From an uncultured Pseudomonadota bacterium (lineage in GTDB: Bacteria > Pseudomonadota > Gammaproteobacteria > Ga0077536), in contig CAJWTO010000004.1 of NCBI GenBank assembly GCA_913047675.1, positions 2,134 to 66,133 of the forward strand: a stretch of DNA of 64,000 nucleotides, written 5' to 3'. Under the pieces are notes generated by a model that saw only the letters and a program-made list of their open reading frames with translations, was not told where the DNA came from and did not search any database. Of this stretch, positions 26,072 to 35,774 are shown in pieces. Within the stretch, counting starts at the first letter, position 1. Every line of letters begins with the position of its first letter. Made by a program: the position numbers and the translations under genes.

Positions 26072-26953
26072 ATGAAAGTTATTACGTACGAATATCACGG
26101 TGTTTTAGGTGTTGGTGTCTTGTCAAATGATGGTTTGTACATCAGTCCATTCGCTCTAAGCAAAGAGATTAGCGCATTAGGTCTGCTGGCTATAGTTGAA
26201 GCGGACGCTGCTGAGGTTCCACTGAAAACTATGGATGATTCAATTCCTCTTTGCGAGGTTAAAATCTTAGCTCCGATCCCTCGTCCAAGGAGGAATATAA
26301 TTTGTGTTGGTAAAAATTATTTTGCGCATGTAACAGAGATCGCGGACCAAGGATTTGATACAACTGGCGGTCGAGGAGAGGCACCTGAGTTTCCGATTAT
26401 TTTTTCAAAATTTCCAGAGTGTGTGATTGGGAGTGAAGATGAGATCATTCACAACTCTAAGGTGACAAACCAACTAGATTACGAGGCAGAGTTGGCGGTA
26501 ATAATTGGATTGCCAGGTCGAGGTATAAAGAAAAGTGACGCGATGAATTATGTTTGGGGCTATACGTTAGTCAATGATGTGAGTGCCCGCGATGTACAAG
26601 GTCGTCATAAGCAATGGTTGCTCGGGAAGTCTCAAGATACATTTTGTCCAATGGGACCTATTGCCGTTTCAAAGGATTTAATCGACCTGTCGAATACCGA
26701 GATTAAGTGTTGGGTGAATGGCGAGTTACGTCAGAGTGGAAATACTGCTTCTATGATTTTTGATGTACCCACTTTAATTGAGACAATTTCCGCAGGGATC
26801 AGTCTATACCCAGGTGACATAATTGCCACGGGGACGCCTGCGGGGGTTGGGGCTGGATTAAATCCTCCCCGATTTCTAGGTCACGACGATCTAGTAGAAA
26901 TTCATTTGTCAGAAATAGGTACTCTGAGGAACAGGGTGAGCGCTACAAGTTGA
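26072..26953 (+). CDS. fumarylacetoacetate hydrolase (FAH) family protein
   Basis: NIICVGKNYFAH...LDYEAELAVIIG...GYTLVNDVSARD...GDIIATGTPAGVG are the canonical FAH-family motifs. Confidence 0.88.
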   Translation: MKVITYEYHGVLGVGVLSNDGLYISPFALSKEISALGLLAIVEADAAEVPLKTMDDSIPLCEVKILAPIPRPRRNIICVGKNYFAHVTEIADQGFDTTGGRGEAPEFPIIFSKFPECVIGSEDEIIHNSKVTNQLDYEAELAVIIGLPGRGIKKSDAMNYVWGYTLVNDVSARDVQGRHKQWLLGKSQDTFCPMGPIAVSKDLIDLSNTEIKCWVNGELRQSGNTASMIFDVPTLIETISAGISLYPGDIIATGTPAGVGAGLNPPRFLGHDDLVEIHLSEIGTLRNRVSATS

Positions 26954-26954
26954 T

Positions 26955-29099
26955 TCAGGTAGTCAATCTACGGTAAATATCCGCTACCTTTAGAGGCAGC
27001 TTTTCTACTTCGTCGATAACAGCATAGTTTGCGTTGCCATACATGTGCGGCAGATATTCTTGCGCTTCATTATCGATAGTTATACAAAAGGCATGTACGC
27101 CCTCCTGTTTCATTTCCAGAAGAGCGTGTCGAGTGTCCTCTATTCCGTATTGACCTTTGTAGCCGCCATAATCTTCAGGTCGACCATCAGACAACGTAAT
27201 TAATAATTTTGTTCTCGCTTGTGTATCTTGAAGCAATTTCCCTAAATGTCTTATAGCGACGCCCATGCGGGTGTAGGCTTTAGGACGTATGCCACTGATC
27301 CGTTGCTTCACCACCTCGGAGTACGATTCGTTAAACTCTTTTATAGAGTAGACTTCACAACGCTTATTAGTACGTCCAGAGAAACCGAAGATAGCGTATC
27401 GATCACCAAGAAGTTGCAGCGCTTCGCAAAGTAAGACCAATGATTCTCTTTCAGCGTTATTGACCCACCCAAGAGTAGAACCACTCATATCAACCATAAA
27501 CATAACTGCGATATTTCTTTCTACATTTTTATAGCGAGTGTACAAATGTTCACTCATTTCTTCTCCTCTCGCTAAGTCCGTATACGCCTCAATTAGCGCG
27601 CCCAAATCTATATCATCGCCATCGCATTGGCGTCGTTGAGGTCGGGATTCTCCTAAGACTGCCTCAAAACTTCGTTTTATTTCCTTTAATACTCCCTTGT
27701 GCTTCTCCAAAGTTTCATCAATAAATGTTTCATCACCAGGTGGGACGGTCAGTTCACGTAAGGTACAGAAGTCTTCACGGAACCTTTGCCGAGTACAATC
27801 CCACTCTTTGTACTGGAATGTCCCTTCGTTCTGAAGATCAAGCTCTGAGCTATCGGCTTCTCCATTTGATTGTGGGAGCAATTCATCAGAATAATCACTT
27901 TGCTCCGAGGGATCCATGTGACTATCAGGAATTTCTCCGAAGTCTTGGATAATCGAACCTAGAAGCTCCTTTAAATCCTCACTCATGTCCACCGGTTGTC
28001 CATCAAGGGTTAATTGCAGGTTCATATTACTATCCTGACCGTCGTTATCTTCGGCTTGGGAAAGCTCTAACGTTTGATTCTCTAGCGACTCCATCTCAGC
28101 ATCGTTTTCAGTTCCAGTGTTATCTTCTAGTATTTTCTCCAGAGCCTTTTGCAACGCAGCTTTCTCTTGCTCTACTCGCGAATAAAATGTCTGCCTAATT
28201 CGATCTAAATACATTACTCCCTGGTATGCTTGTAATGGTGGCAATTTAACATCGGAGAATTTATCTATTAGTTTGAGGCTATCAGCTGCAGTTGCATCTG
28301 CCTCTTGGAGTTCGATAGACTTCGATCGCCATGACTCCCAGAGTTCGACGCTGTCTGAGTCGTGTAACTGGAATTGTTGAAGTTCTCTGTTTAGACCTGG
28401 GAAGTCGCGGGCGATGCAAGCATCTAGCCGAATGCACTCAAGTCGGTTAAAGATCTCTACATGGTCCGATGAGTCATAGGTGTCTTTAAACGCTTCTAAT
28501 ATTTGGTGCTGCCACGTCCCGTACCAGGTCTGGGCCCATAAATGAACAGCGGTAAGCTTATATAGTGTAAAATTTTCCTGTGGCGCGGGGAACAGATCCA
28601 CCGCCTCAGGGAGAAACAGAGCCTCGGTATTGGTGAACGTTTCTAAATCGCTCGATATTTTAAGGTCCCGACCGCCGAGACCTCGTATGAAATGCTGCAG
28701 GAAGCCGCTAGTTTCATTGAATGAGCATTGTACTTCCTCGATCTTGGTTTTTTCCATAAAGCCATCAATGTTTTCCAATGCGGCTATCGCTGCTCCTAAA
28801 CCATGGTTATCAAAGTTTTGTAAAACTAGATCGAGCCATTGCTGCACCGTTACGTCCCGCATTGTCGCGAATGCTTTAGGAGCGAGCGATACGAATTGAG
28901 CTCCTAGCTCATGGTTAGAGGCAGATATTAACTCAGCCCATTTATAGATGAATTGCTGCTGGGCGTCAGATAGTTCCGCTATTTGTGAAACAATTTCATC
29001 CGCATTTGAGTGCCTTGCGAAAGCCTCGATCGTAAGCTTCTCTAGATCTTTTTTGATCCTAATACGATTAAGGAGATTTTGTCTCGACTGTACACTCAT
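26955..29099 (-). CDS. VWA-domain adaptor protein of the NorD/CbbO family
   Basis: 714 aa. The C-terminal VWA domain has MIDAS motif MVDMSGST and LITLSDGRPED. YKEWD is a motif common to NorD/CbbO. A long acidic low-complexity linker is present. The gene follows the CbbQ/NorQ-type ATPase gene by 27 nt. Confidence 0.75.
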   Translation of the reverse strand: MSVQSRQNLLNRIRIKKDLEKLTIEAFARHSNADEIVSQIAELSDAQQQFIYKWAELISASNHELGAQFVSLAPKAFATMRDVTVQQWLDLVLQNFDNHGLGAAIAALENIDGFMEKTKIEEVQCSFNETSGFLQHFIRGLGGRDLKISSDLETFTNTEALFLPEAVDLFPAPQENFTLYKLTAVHLWAQTWYGTWQHQILEAFKDTYDSSDHVEIFNRLECIRLDACIARDFPGLNRELQQFQLHDSDSVELWESWRSKSIELQEADATAADSLKLIDKFSDVKLPPLQAYQGVMYLDRIRQTFYSRVEQEKAALQKALEKILEDNTGTENDAEMESLENQTLELSQAEDNDGQDSNMNLQLTLDGQPVDMSEDLKELLGSIIQDFGEIPDSHMDPSEQSDYSDELLPQSNGEADSSELDLQNEGTFQYKEWDCTRQRFREDFCTLRELTVPPGDETFIDETLEKHKGVLKEIKRSFEAVLGESRPQRRQCDGDDIDLGALIEAYTDLARGEEMSEHLYTRYKNVERNIAVMFMVDMSGSTLGWVNNAERESLVLLCEALQLLGDRYAIFGFSGRTNKRCEVYSIKEFNESYSEVVKQRISGIRPKAYTRMGVAIRHLGKLLQDTQARTKLLITLSDGRPEDYGGYKGQYGIEDTRHALLEMKQEGVHAFCITIDNEAQEYLPHMYGNANYAVIDEVEKLPLKVADIYRRLTT

Positions 29100-29126
29100 G
29101 CTTGTCGGTTCTCTTTAAGATGCTTG

Positions 29127-29939
29127 CTAAAATATACTGCGACTAAGCTCATGTACCGCTTGAAGCATATCGCTCTCGTCAGTAAGTGCCTGAGCGATAG
29201 CTGTGTCGGTCGCCTCAACTGGCGCAATGTCTTGCCCCATTAACTTGGCGGCATTGACTAATAGGCGAGTACTAGCTCCTTCTTGTAAGCCATTCCCCTT
29301 TAAATTTCTCGTCATATTGCCAAATTTCACTAACTTTTCGGCCATGGCAGCATCTATCTTACTTTCTGTCTCCACTATAACTTGCTCAATTTCAGGCTTA
29401 GGATAATCAAACTCTAGAGCAACGAACCTCTGTCTAGTACTTTGCTTTAGATCCTTTAATACACTTTGATAGCCGGGGTTATATGAAATTGTTAAACAGA
29501 AGCTTGAAGGTGCCTCTAAGAGCTCGCCGAGTTTTTCAATTGGTAGTAGACGCCGTCCATCACATAAAGGATGTATCACTACAGACGTATCTTTCCGCGC
29601 TTCAACAATTTCGTCAAGGTAGCAAATATATCCATGTCTAACGGCACTAGTCAGCGGGCCGTCTACCCAAACGGTCTCGCCACCTTTAATTAAGTAGCGA
29701 CCGATCAAATCTGACGCGGTTAGGTCGTCGTGACAGGCGACCGTTACCATCGGGATTTTTAAGTACCACGCCATGTATTCGACAAAACGAGTTTTGCCGC
29801 AACCAGTCGGACCCTTCAGAAGAATGGGCAGCTGATTTTTATACGAAGCTGCAAATATCTTTATTTCATCGCCGACTGGCTCGTAATAAGGCTCATCATT
29901 GATAAAATTCTGTTCGTTTTTTATTGTTTTTGTAACCAT
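29127..29939 (-). CDS. CbbQ/NirQ/NorQ/GpvN-family MoxR-type AAA+ ATPase
   Basis: 270 aa with Walker A LLKGPTGCGKTRF and Walker B ICYLDEIVEA. The size and sequence are typical of CbbQ/NorQ. Confidence 0.85.
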   Translation of the reverse strand: MVTKTIKNEQNFINDEPYYEPVGDEIKIFAASYKNQLPILLKGPTGCGKTRFVEYMAWYLKIPMVTVACHDDLTASDLIGRYLIKGGETVWVDGPLTSAVRHGYICYLDEIVEARKDTSVVIHPLCDGRRLLPIEKLGELLEAPSSFCLTISYNPGYQSVLKDLKQSTRQRFVALEFDYPKPEIEQVIVETESKIDAAMAEKLVKFGNMTRNLKGNGLQEGASTRLLVNAAKLMGQDIAPVEATDTAIAQALTDESDMLQAVHELSRSIF

Positions 29940-30116
29940 AATTTCGTGTTCTTTAATAATCTGGATGACTTGTTTATATTAATGTTGTCTCAGCTATTGC
30001 CAATGTTCTAGCCTAAAGCGCGAGGCCTGTCTTCTTGTTGCTTCCTGCCCCGCATGGAAAGTTAGCTTAGATGAGTACTTTCAGTCAATTACAAAACTAA
30101 AATTAGGATACCCACA

Positions 30117-30506
30117 ATGTTGAAAAAAATTAATCCAACTTCAATAGTTGAGCCCTTTAATAATGCGTACCATCATGTTGTAGTGGTCCCGCCAAATGCT
30201 AGGCTAGCTTATATTTCTGGCCAGATTGGTCTTCGTCCCGATGGCTCGTTGCCGACTACGGTTGAAGAGCAAGCCGATCAAGCATGGTCGAATGTGATGG
30301 AAGCACTGAAAGCAGTTGGCATGGGTAGCTCGGATATTGTAAAAGTTACGGCTTATCTGATAGAAGAAAGTGAGTACGGGGCGTTTGCTGCAGCGCGTCA
30401 AAAGTACATTGGCGAAGCTCGGCCTGCATCAACCGCTCTTTTAGTGAAGCAACTTATATCTGCTGAGTGGCGAGTGGAGATAGACATTGTTGCCGCTGCC
30501 GAGTAA
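30117..30506 (+). CDS. RidA (YjgF/UK114) family protein
   Basis: 129 aa with YISGQIGLRPDG and a C-terminal ...EIDIVA pattern. Confidence 0.85.
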   Translation: MLKKINPTSIVEPFNNAYHHVVVVPPNARLAYISGQIGLRPDGSLPTTVEEQADQAWSNVMEALKAVGMGSSDIVKVTAYLIEESEYGAFAAARQKYIGEARPASTALLVKQLISAEWRVEIDIVAAAE

Positions 30507-30673
30507 GGTAACTAGCACTTAGGTGTATTTTTTGTAAAAAAATACTTTGCGTCTTTTAAGCCATAGACTCAAGTGCTTTGTACGAGTAGTCTATCGATAA
30601 AACATTATAGCGCCGCGCAGCGCGCGCCTGAGATGGTAAACGTAACATCAGTTTTAGGGTTGGAGGTATTGTT

Positions 30674-31897
30674 ATGGAAGTGGGTGCATTTTATCTCCCG
30701 TCGGTAGGGCGGGTTTCTGATATAAAACAAGGAATGGCTGGGAAAAAGACTTCGCTTTACCAGCAAATGCTTAGAGAGATTACTGAGCAGGTTCAATACA
30801 TGGATGAATACGGCTATTACGGGGCCGGTTTTACTGAGCACCATTTTCATGTAGAGGGTGAGGAAGTTTCTACTAACCCAGTAATGCTTGACATGTACTT
30901 TGGCATGCAAACAAAAAACATGCGTTTCGGACAGTTGGGGAATGTTCTTCCTTCAAGAAATCCAATTAACTTAGCAGAAGATATAGCTATGTTGTCGCAG
31001 ATGCTAGGTGGTAGAGTTTTTGCTGGATTTGCTAGAGGCTATCAACCTCGTTGGGTAAATATTTTAGGCCAACAGGTTGGCTTATCTGATCCTGCCGCAG
31101 GGGAAGAGTATGAGGAGTTAAAGCGTTCACTTTTTGAAGAGCATTTTGAAATAGTTATGAAGGCTTGGAAAGAAGATACCTTTAGCTTCCAAGGTAAGCA
31201 TTGGCAAGTACCGACTAAGGATATTAAATGGGCTGCGGCCGACGTGGCACATAAATTTGGCCAGGGTTGTAATGCTGACGGAATAATAGAGGAAATAGGT
31301 ATTGCTCCCCCCACATTTAATAACATGATTCCTGATATGTTTATGCCGTTTGCGACCTCAGAGCGCTCTATTAAATGGGGAATGGCGAGGGGTATTACGC
31401 CAGTGACTATAATGACGCATTTTGATGTTGTTAAAGAGCATTTTCGTGCAGGGATGGAAGCGGCTAATGAAGCTGGAAAGAACTATAAATTTGGTCAAGG
31501 TATGGCGATGAGTCGAGAACTTATTGTGGCTGATACTGATGCTGAGGCTGAAGAGATCGCCCGCGAGGCTGGAGCTTTTATCTGGAATGAATTTTTTGTT
31601 CCTTTTGGTTTCAATGCCGCGATCGCTGGGCCGGGCGAAGGTCCGTTTGATGTTCCCGCCACTTTTGAGGCTATGGTGGAAAGAGGCCTGGTTATCCACG
31701 GTAGTCCCGACACGGTGAATCGTAAATTAGAAGTGCTACTGAAGCAGCTTCCAGTAGATAATTTCTGGATGTTTATTTACAACCACATGCCGCATGACGC
31801 ATGTATGAAGAGCTTGGAATTATTAACGGAGAAAGTTTGGCCTAACTTTACTGACAAAATTAATCCCAGTAGTTCGGCTAAAGTCGCCTCTGCCTGA
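30674..31897 (+). CDS. LLM-class flavin-dependent monooxygenase/oxidoreductase (407 aa)
   Basis: GFTEHHFHVEGEEVSTNP, LGNVLPSRNPINLAEDIAMLSQMLGGRVFAGFARG and a TIM-barrel luciferase-like pattern. GGAGG lies 8 nt upstream of the ATG. Confidence 0.8.
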   Translation: MEVGAFYLPSVGRVSDIKQGMAGKKTSLYQQMLREITEQVQYMDEYGYYGAGFTEHHFHVEGEEVSTNPVMLDMYFGMQTKNMRFGQLGNVLPSRNPINLAEDIAMLSQMLGGRVFAGFARGYQPRWVNILGQQVGLSDPAAGEEYEELKRSLFEEHFEIVMKAWKEDTFSFQGKHWQVPTKDIKWAAADVAHKFGQGCNADGIIEEIGIAPPTFNNMIPDMFMPFATSERSIKWGMARGITPVTIMTHFDVVKEHFRAGMEAANEAGKNYKFGQGMAMSRELIVADTDAEAEEIAREAGAFIWNEFFVPFGFNAAIAGPGEGPFDVPATFEAMVERGLVIHGSPDTVNRKLEVLLKQLPVDNFWMFIYNHMPHDACMKSLELLTEKVWPNFTDKINPSSSAKVASA

Positions 31898-31912
31898 TAT
31901 AGTGGTCTGATA

Positions 31913-31984
31913 CCTTGCAGGAACTTTTCGTTCCTCCAAGGTGTTATCCGGCTTAGGGTTGGATGCGCCCTAAGGATTTTGTTG
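31913..31984 (+). terminator. two tandem hairpins after the LLM gene, the second with a T-rich tail
   Basis: Hairpin 1 (31913-31941): CCTTGCAGGAAC-ttttc-GTTCCTCCAAGG, 11 bp with one mismatch. Hairpin 2 (31952-31974): CTTAGGG...CCCTAAG, a 7-bp stem followed by GATTTTGTTG. Confidence 0.45.
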
Positions 31985-31988
31985 TAAT

Positions 31989-32921
31989 TTGATTTCCATA
32001 TCTAACGCGATTTTACCTGTGTTTTTAGCCATAGGTTTTGGCTATGTGTTAGCGCGATGGAATGATTCTATAAGTAAGTCCGGCAAAGGGTTGGTCAAGT
32101 TCGTTTTTTGGGTGGCCCTCCCTTCTATGCTTTTCATAAAAGTAGTAGATACATCTCTACCGTCTGAAGTCCCTTGGCACTTTTTATCGGCATTCTACAT
32201 CCCCTCGATTGCTATTTTCTTTTTCGGAGCCTTTATCGCCAAGCGTGTTTTTTCTTGGAAACACGAAGAACTCGGCATTGCAGGAGTGACATGCTGCTAT
32301 GGAAATCTTGCACTACTTGGACTACCGATTATCTTAAACTCCTTCGGTCCTGTATTTCTGACGCCAGCACTAATATTAATAGCATCACAAAGTACTATTT
32401 TATTTGGCTTGACTATTTTTTGGTTGGAGAAAGAGCCAGACGAAACTAGATTTCGGAATATCTTGAATCTTTTTGTCCGCAAGGTACTTGGGAACCCTAT
32501 TGTATTGTCATTAGTTTTAGGCTTTTTAGTTAACATCTTTGAGATTTCTGTGCCAAGTATTCTGAGAAGTTCACTTGATCTTTTTAGTATCGCGGCACCC
32601 GGCTGTTCCTTATTTGCGCTCGGGGTATGCCTTGCGGGCTATCGGCTTACTCTTAATAACACGACAGTTTTAGGGTTCGTAGTTATGAGAAATTTTTTTC
32701 ATCCATTATTAGTCCTAGGTTTATGCACTTTCTTGGATGTCTCTAATCATTGGAAGGCAGTGGCTGTTCTTTTCGCTGCCATGCCTACTGGAATAAATGC
32801 TTTTATATTCGCCGAGCAATACGAATTAAGACAGGAAGCAGTTTCCATGACAATTATATTGTCTACAATAGTCTCCATGTTTACACTTACTGTCCTAGTA
32901 TATGTTTTTAAGGTTATCTAA
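31989..32921 (+). CDS. AEC (auxin efflux carrier) family transporter
   Basis: 310-aa polytopic membrane protein whose N- and C-terminal halves are typical of the AEC/membrane-transport family. TTG start. Confidence 0.8.
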   Translation: MISISNAILPVFLAIGFGYVLARWNDSISKSGKGLVKFVFWVALPSMLFIKVVDTSLPSEVPWHFLSAFYIPSIAIFFFGAFIAKRVFSWKHEELGIAGVTCCYGNLALLGLPIILNSFGPVFLTPALILIASQSTILFGLTIFWLEKEPDETRFRNILNLFVRKVLGNPIVLSLVLGFLVNIFEISVPSILRSSLDLFSIAAPGCSLFALGVCLAGYRLTLNNTTVLGFVVMRNFFHPLLVLGLCTFLDVSNHWKAVAVLFAAMPTGINAFIFAEQYELRQEAVSMTIILSTIVSMFTLTVLVYVFKVI

Positions 32922-32996
32922 TGGCCCACTTCTCTAAGCAGCGGATCTGGGTTTATTCTAGGGTCATTGAATATTTTGGAGTATGTTAAATAGATC

Positions 32997-33707
32997 ATGG
33001 ATGAAGTTAAGACAGTAGCCTCTTTGAACCGCGATATTCTTCTAGTAGAAGATCACAAAGATATTGCTGAACTAGTCTATGATTATTTAGAGAACGTTGG
33101 TTACCGAATCGATTACGCGGATAAAGGCGGGCTAGCGAAAAAGCTTGCTTCGGCGAATTCTTATGACGCTGTCGTACTTGATCGAATGCTTCCTGACATT
33201 GATGGTCTAGAAGTATGTCAATACCTACGAAACGAATTGATGTTCAGTGGGCCAATTATCATGCTCACGGCTCGAGATACTCTTGCCGACAAGTTAGCCG
33301 GATTTGATGGTGGGGCTGACGACTATTTGGTCAAGCCTTTTGACTTAGAAGAGCTTTCGGCTCGATTAAACTCTTTAATGAGGCGTTCTAATCCTGTTTC
33401 TAATGTAGAAGTCTTAACTATAGGTGATCTCACCATTGATCTGTCGACTCGTCAGGCGGAGCGTCAAGGGCAGCCTTTATCTTTATCCCCGATTGGTCTG
33501 AAAATACTAACGCTACTTATGACCGCATCCCCAAAAGTTGTCAATCGACAGCAAGTAGAAAAAGTTATTTGGGAAGATCTGCCGCCGGATAGCGATGCAC
33601 TTAGGAGCCATTTGTACAATCTAAGGAAAGTTGTAGACAAGCCGTTTAACTATCCGTTGATTCACACCGTACATGGTGTCGGGTTTAGACTAAGTCATGA
33701 AGCGTGA
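32997..33707 (+). CDS. OmpR-family response regulator
   Basis: The receiver domain (ILLVEDHKD...VVLDRMLPDIDG...TARD...KPF) is followed by a winged-helix trans_reg_C domain (LRSHLYNLRKVVDKP...IHTVHGVGFRL). Confidence 0.9.
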   Translation: MDEVKTVASLNRDILLVEDHKDIAELVYDYLENVGYRIDYADKGGLAKKLASANSYDAVVLDRMLPDIDGLEVCQYLRNELMFSGPIIMLTARDTLADKLAGFDGGADDYLVKPFDLEELSARLNSLMRRSNPVSNVEVLTIGDLTIDLSTRQAERQGQPLSLSPIGLKILTLLMTASPKVVNRQQVEKVIWEDLPPDSDALRSHLYNLRKVVDKPFNYPLIHTVHGVGFRLSHEA

Positions 33708-35001
33708 TCGTAAAAATCCATTAAACAATAGAATTTTAAAGGCATTCATTTTACAAGTAGTGCTAATTAGTGGCACCGCTATTTCAGGAATATATCTTGC
33801 AGAGTTTGCCATTCAGGAACTATTGATAGACTCGGCACTAGAGCGCGAAGCAGACTATTTCTGGGCGCGTAGAGCGATTGAGGCGAGTACTCCCGCGCCC
33901 AATACAAATACCCTAATAGGTTATCTGTTTGACACTTCAGATATAGCTATCCCCTCTGAGTTTTCTGACCTAGGTATGGGAATCCATGCTATATCGACTC
34001 CTGTTGGTCGGTCTGTTGTTCATGTCAGCGAAAATCTAGATAGCAAACTGTTTTTAGTTTTTGATGCAAATAGTGTGACTGAAGCAGCTAGTTACTTCGG
34101 TTTATTTCCACTTGTTCTAATGTTGATAGTTCTCTATTCATCTGCATGGTTCGCATACGGAATCACGCGTAGAGCGGTATCTCCGGTAATTAAACTTGCT
34201 CGGAGTGTAAGAGGAATTGAACTGGATAAGCCAGGCACGAAGCGGTTTGTCGATGTTTATGAAAGTAGTCCAGTAGATGCGGAGATAGAGACATTAGCTA
34301 CCGCGTTACAACATCTATTAATGCGCGTTGAGCAATCTATTGAGCGGGAGAGGACCTTTACAAGAGAAGCCAGTCACGAGCTTCGAAGTCCTTTGACAGT
34401 TATCAGAATGGCTAGTGATAATTTAATAAAAAGAAGTGATTTACAGTCTAGCTCGTTGATTCTAATTGAGAGAATCCAGCGAGCGGCGAAAGACATGGAG
34501 GAACTCACTGAAATACTGCTGCTGCTTGCGAGAGAGTACGAAGAAGTACTGACCAAGGAAGATGTGCTTGTAAATGATGTGGTACGCGATGAATTGAACC
34601 GCTGTCGCGTTATCTACGGAACTAAAGACTTAGAGATAACGATGCATGAAACCGAAAGATTGGTAATTCGTGCTTCTGAGCGAGCTATTGCTATTGTATG
34701 TGGAAATCTTTTACGAAATGCGTGTTTATATACTGAACACGGCGAAGTTAGCGTTACAGTAGCAGAGGATTACATACTTATTTCTGATAGTGGGCAAGGG
34801 ATGACTTCTCAAGGTGTTGACAACGCTTTTAACGCAGATTATAACCCTGCCAATGCGCAAGGGAACGGGATTGGATTAAGTCTCGTAAAGCGGATAACTG
34901 ACAGGTTTGGTTGGACTATAGCGGTTGAAAGTGAGCATCGCAAAGGGACGCAAATTAAGTTGTTTTTCCCGGCCACAGAAATAATAGATATTCAGGCCTA
35001 A
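33697..35001 (+). CDS. sensor histidine kinase (two-TM, periplasmic loop)
   Basis: H-box EASHELRSPLT and an HATPase region (NLLRNACLYT...DSGQGM...GNGIGLSLV). It overlaps the response-regulator gene by 11 nt. Confidence 0.9.
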   Translation: MKRDRKNPLNNRILKAFILQVVLISGTAISGIYLAEFAIQELLIDSALEREADYFWARRAIEASTPAPNTNTLIGYLFDTSDIAIPSEFSDLGMGIHAISTPVGRSVVHVSENLDSKLFLVFDANSVTEAASYFGLFPLVLMLIVLYSSAWFAYGITRRAVSPVIKLARSVRGIELDKPGTKRFVDVYESSPVDAEIETLATALQHLLMRVEQSIERERTFTREASHELRSPLTVIRMASDNLIKRSDLQSSSLILIERIQRAAKDMEELTEILLLLAREYEEVLTKEDVLVNDVVRDELNRCRVIYGTKDLEITMHETERLVIRASERAIAIVCGNLLRNACLYTEHGEVSVTVAEDYILISDSGQGMTSQGVDNAFNADYNPANAQGNGIGLSLVKRITDRFGWTIAVESEHRKGTQIKLFFPATEIIDIQA

Positions 35002-35011
35002 CTCAGTACCT

Positions 35012-35692
35012 TTATTTAGTGACCAAACTTCGAACTGCGCTGTCTTTGGATTCTAAGTCTGCAGCTAGTTCTTTGAAATCAATAGCGTGGGGCACTGCTA
35101 TGCCTTTTTGGCACGCAGGTCTTTTTTCTAAGCGCTCAAGCCACGCCTCTAAGTTAGACAGTCCTTCTACTTTTGTTCCGCCCCAAAAATGAATCCGAAT
35201 CCAGCACCAATTGGCGATGTCTGCAATAGAATATTCGTCGCACAAAAATTCACGCCCTTCAAGTTGCCTATCTAGGACCTCGTAAAGGCGACGACATTCA
35301 TTGTGATATCGCTCTATGGCTGAAGGTAACTTTTCGGGAAAATAGCGATAAAAAATGTTTGATTGACCCATCATTGGACCAATACCTGACATTTGAAACA
35401 TTAACCATTGAGTTACTCGTGACTCGCCCTTTTCGTCGGTAGGAATTAATTTTCCACTCTTTCTAGCCAAGTACAGCATGATGGCACCGGATTCAAAGAT
35501 TGCTAGGTCTTCATTATCGCGATCAACTATCGCGGGAATTCGTCCGTTAGGACAAATTTTTATGAACCAATCTTCTTTTTGATCACCTTTCATAATGTCC
35601 ACGTGATGTGTGGTATATGCCATACCAATTTCTTCGAGCAACACAGAGACTTTCCAGCCGTTTGGAGTAGAATCGGTATATAAATCAATCAT
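35012..35692 (-). CDS. Nu-class glutathione S-transferase (YfcG/YghU-like)
   Basis: [26 protein letters not shown] closely resembles the E. coli YfcG N-terminus. ATG at 35692 (the ORF-track start at 35710 adds 6 codons). Confidence 0.8.
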   Translation of the reverse strand: MIDLYTDSTPNGWKVSVLLEEIGMAYTTHHVDIMKGDQKEDWFIKICPNGRIPAIVDRDNEDLAIFESGAIMLYLARKSGKLIPTDEKGESRVTQWLMFQMSGIGPMMGQSNIFYRYFPEKLPSAIERYHNECRRLYEVLDRQLEGREFLCDEYSIADIANWCWIRIHFWGGTKVEGLSNLEAWLERLEKRPACQKGIAVPHAIDFKELAADLESKDSAVRSLVTK

Positions 35693-35774
35693 CGCAAACC
35701 TTTTGTACAATTTGTTTAATTATCAAAATACTATAAGTAGTTTTTGCTTCTGTTGAAAGAGTAAGTTGCACAAA

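Noticed and set aside
30605-30910. A 101-aa minus-strand ORF overlapping the start of the LLM gene.
   Set aside because: It is antisense to a well-supported gene with a good RBS, and its translation has no family features.
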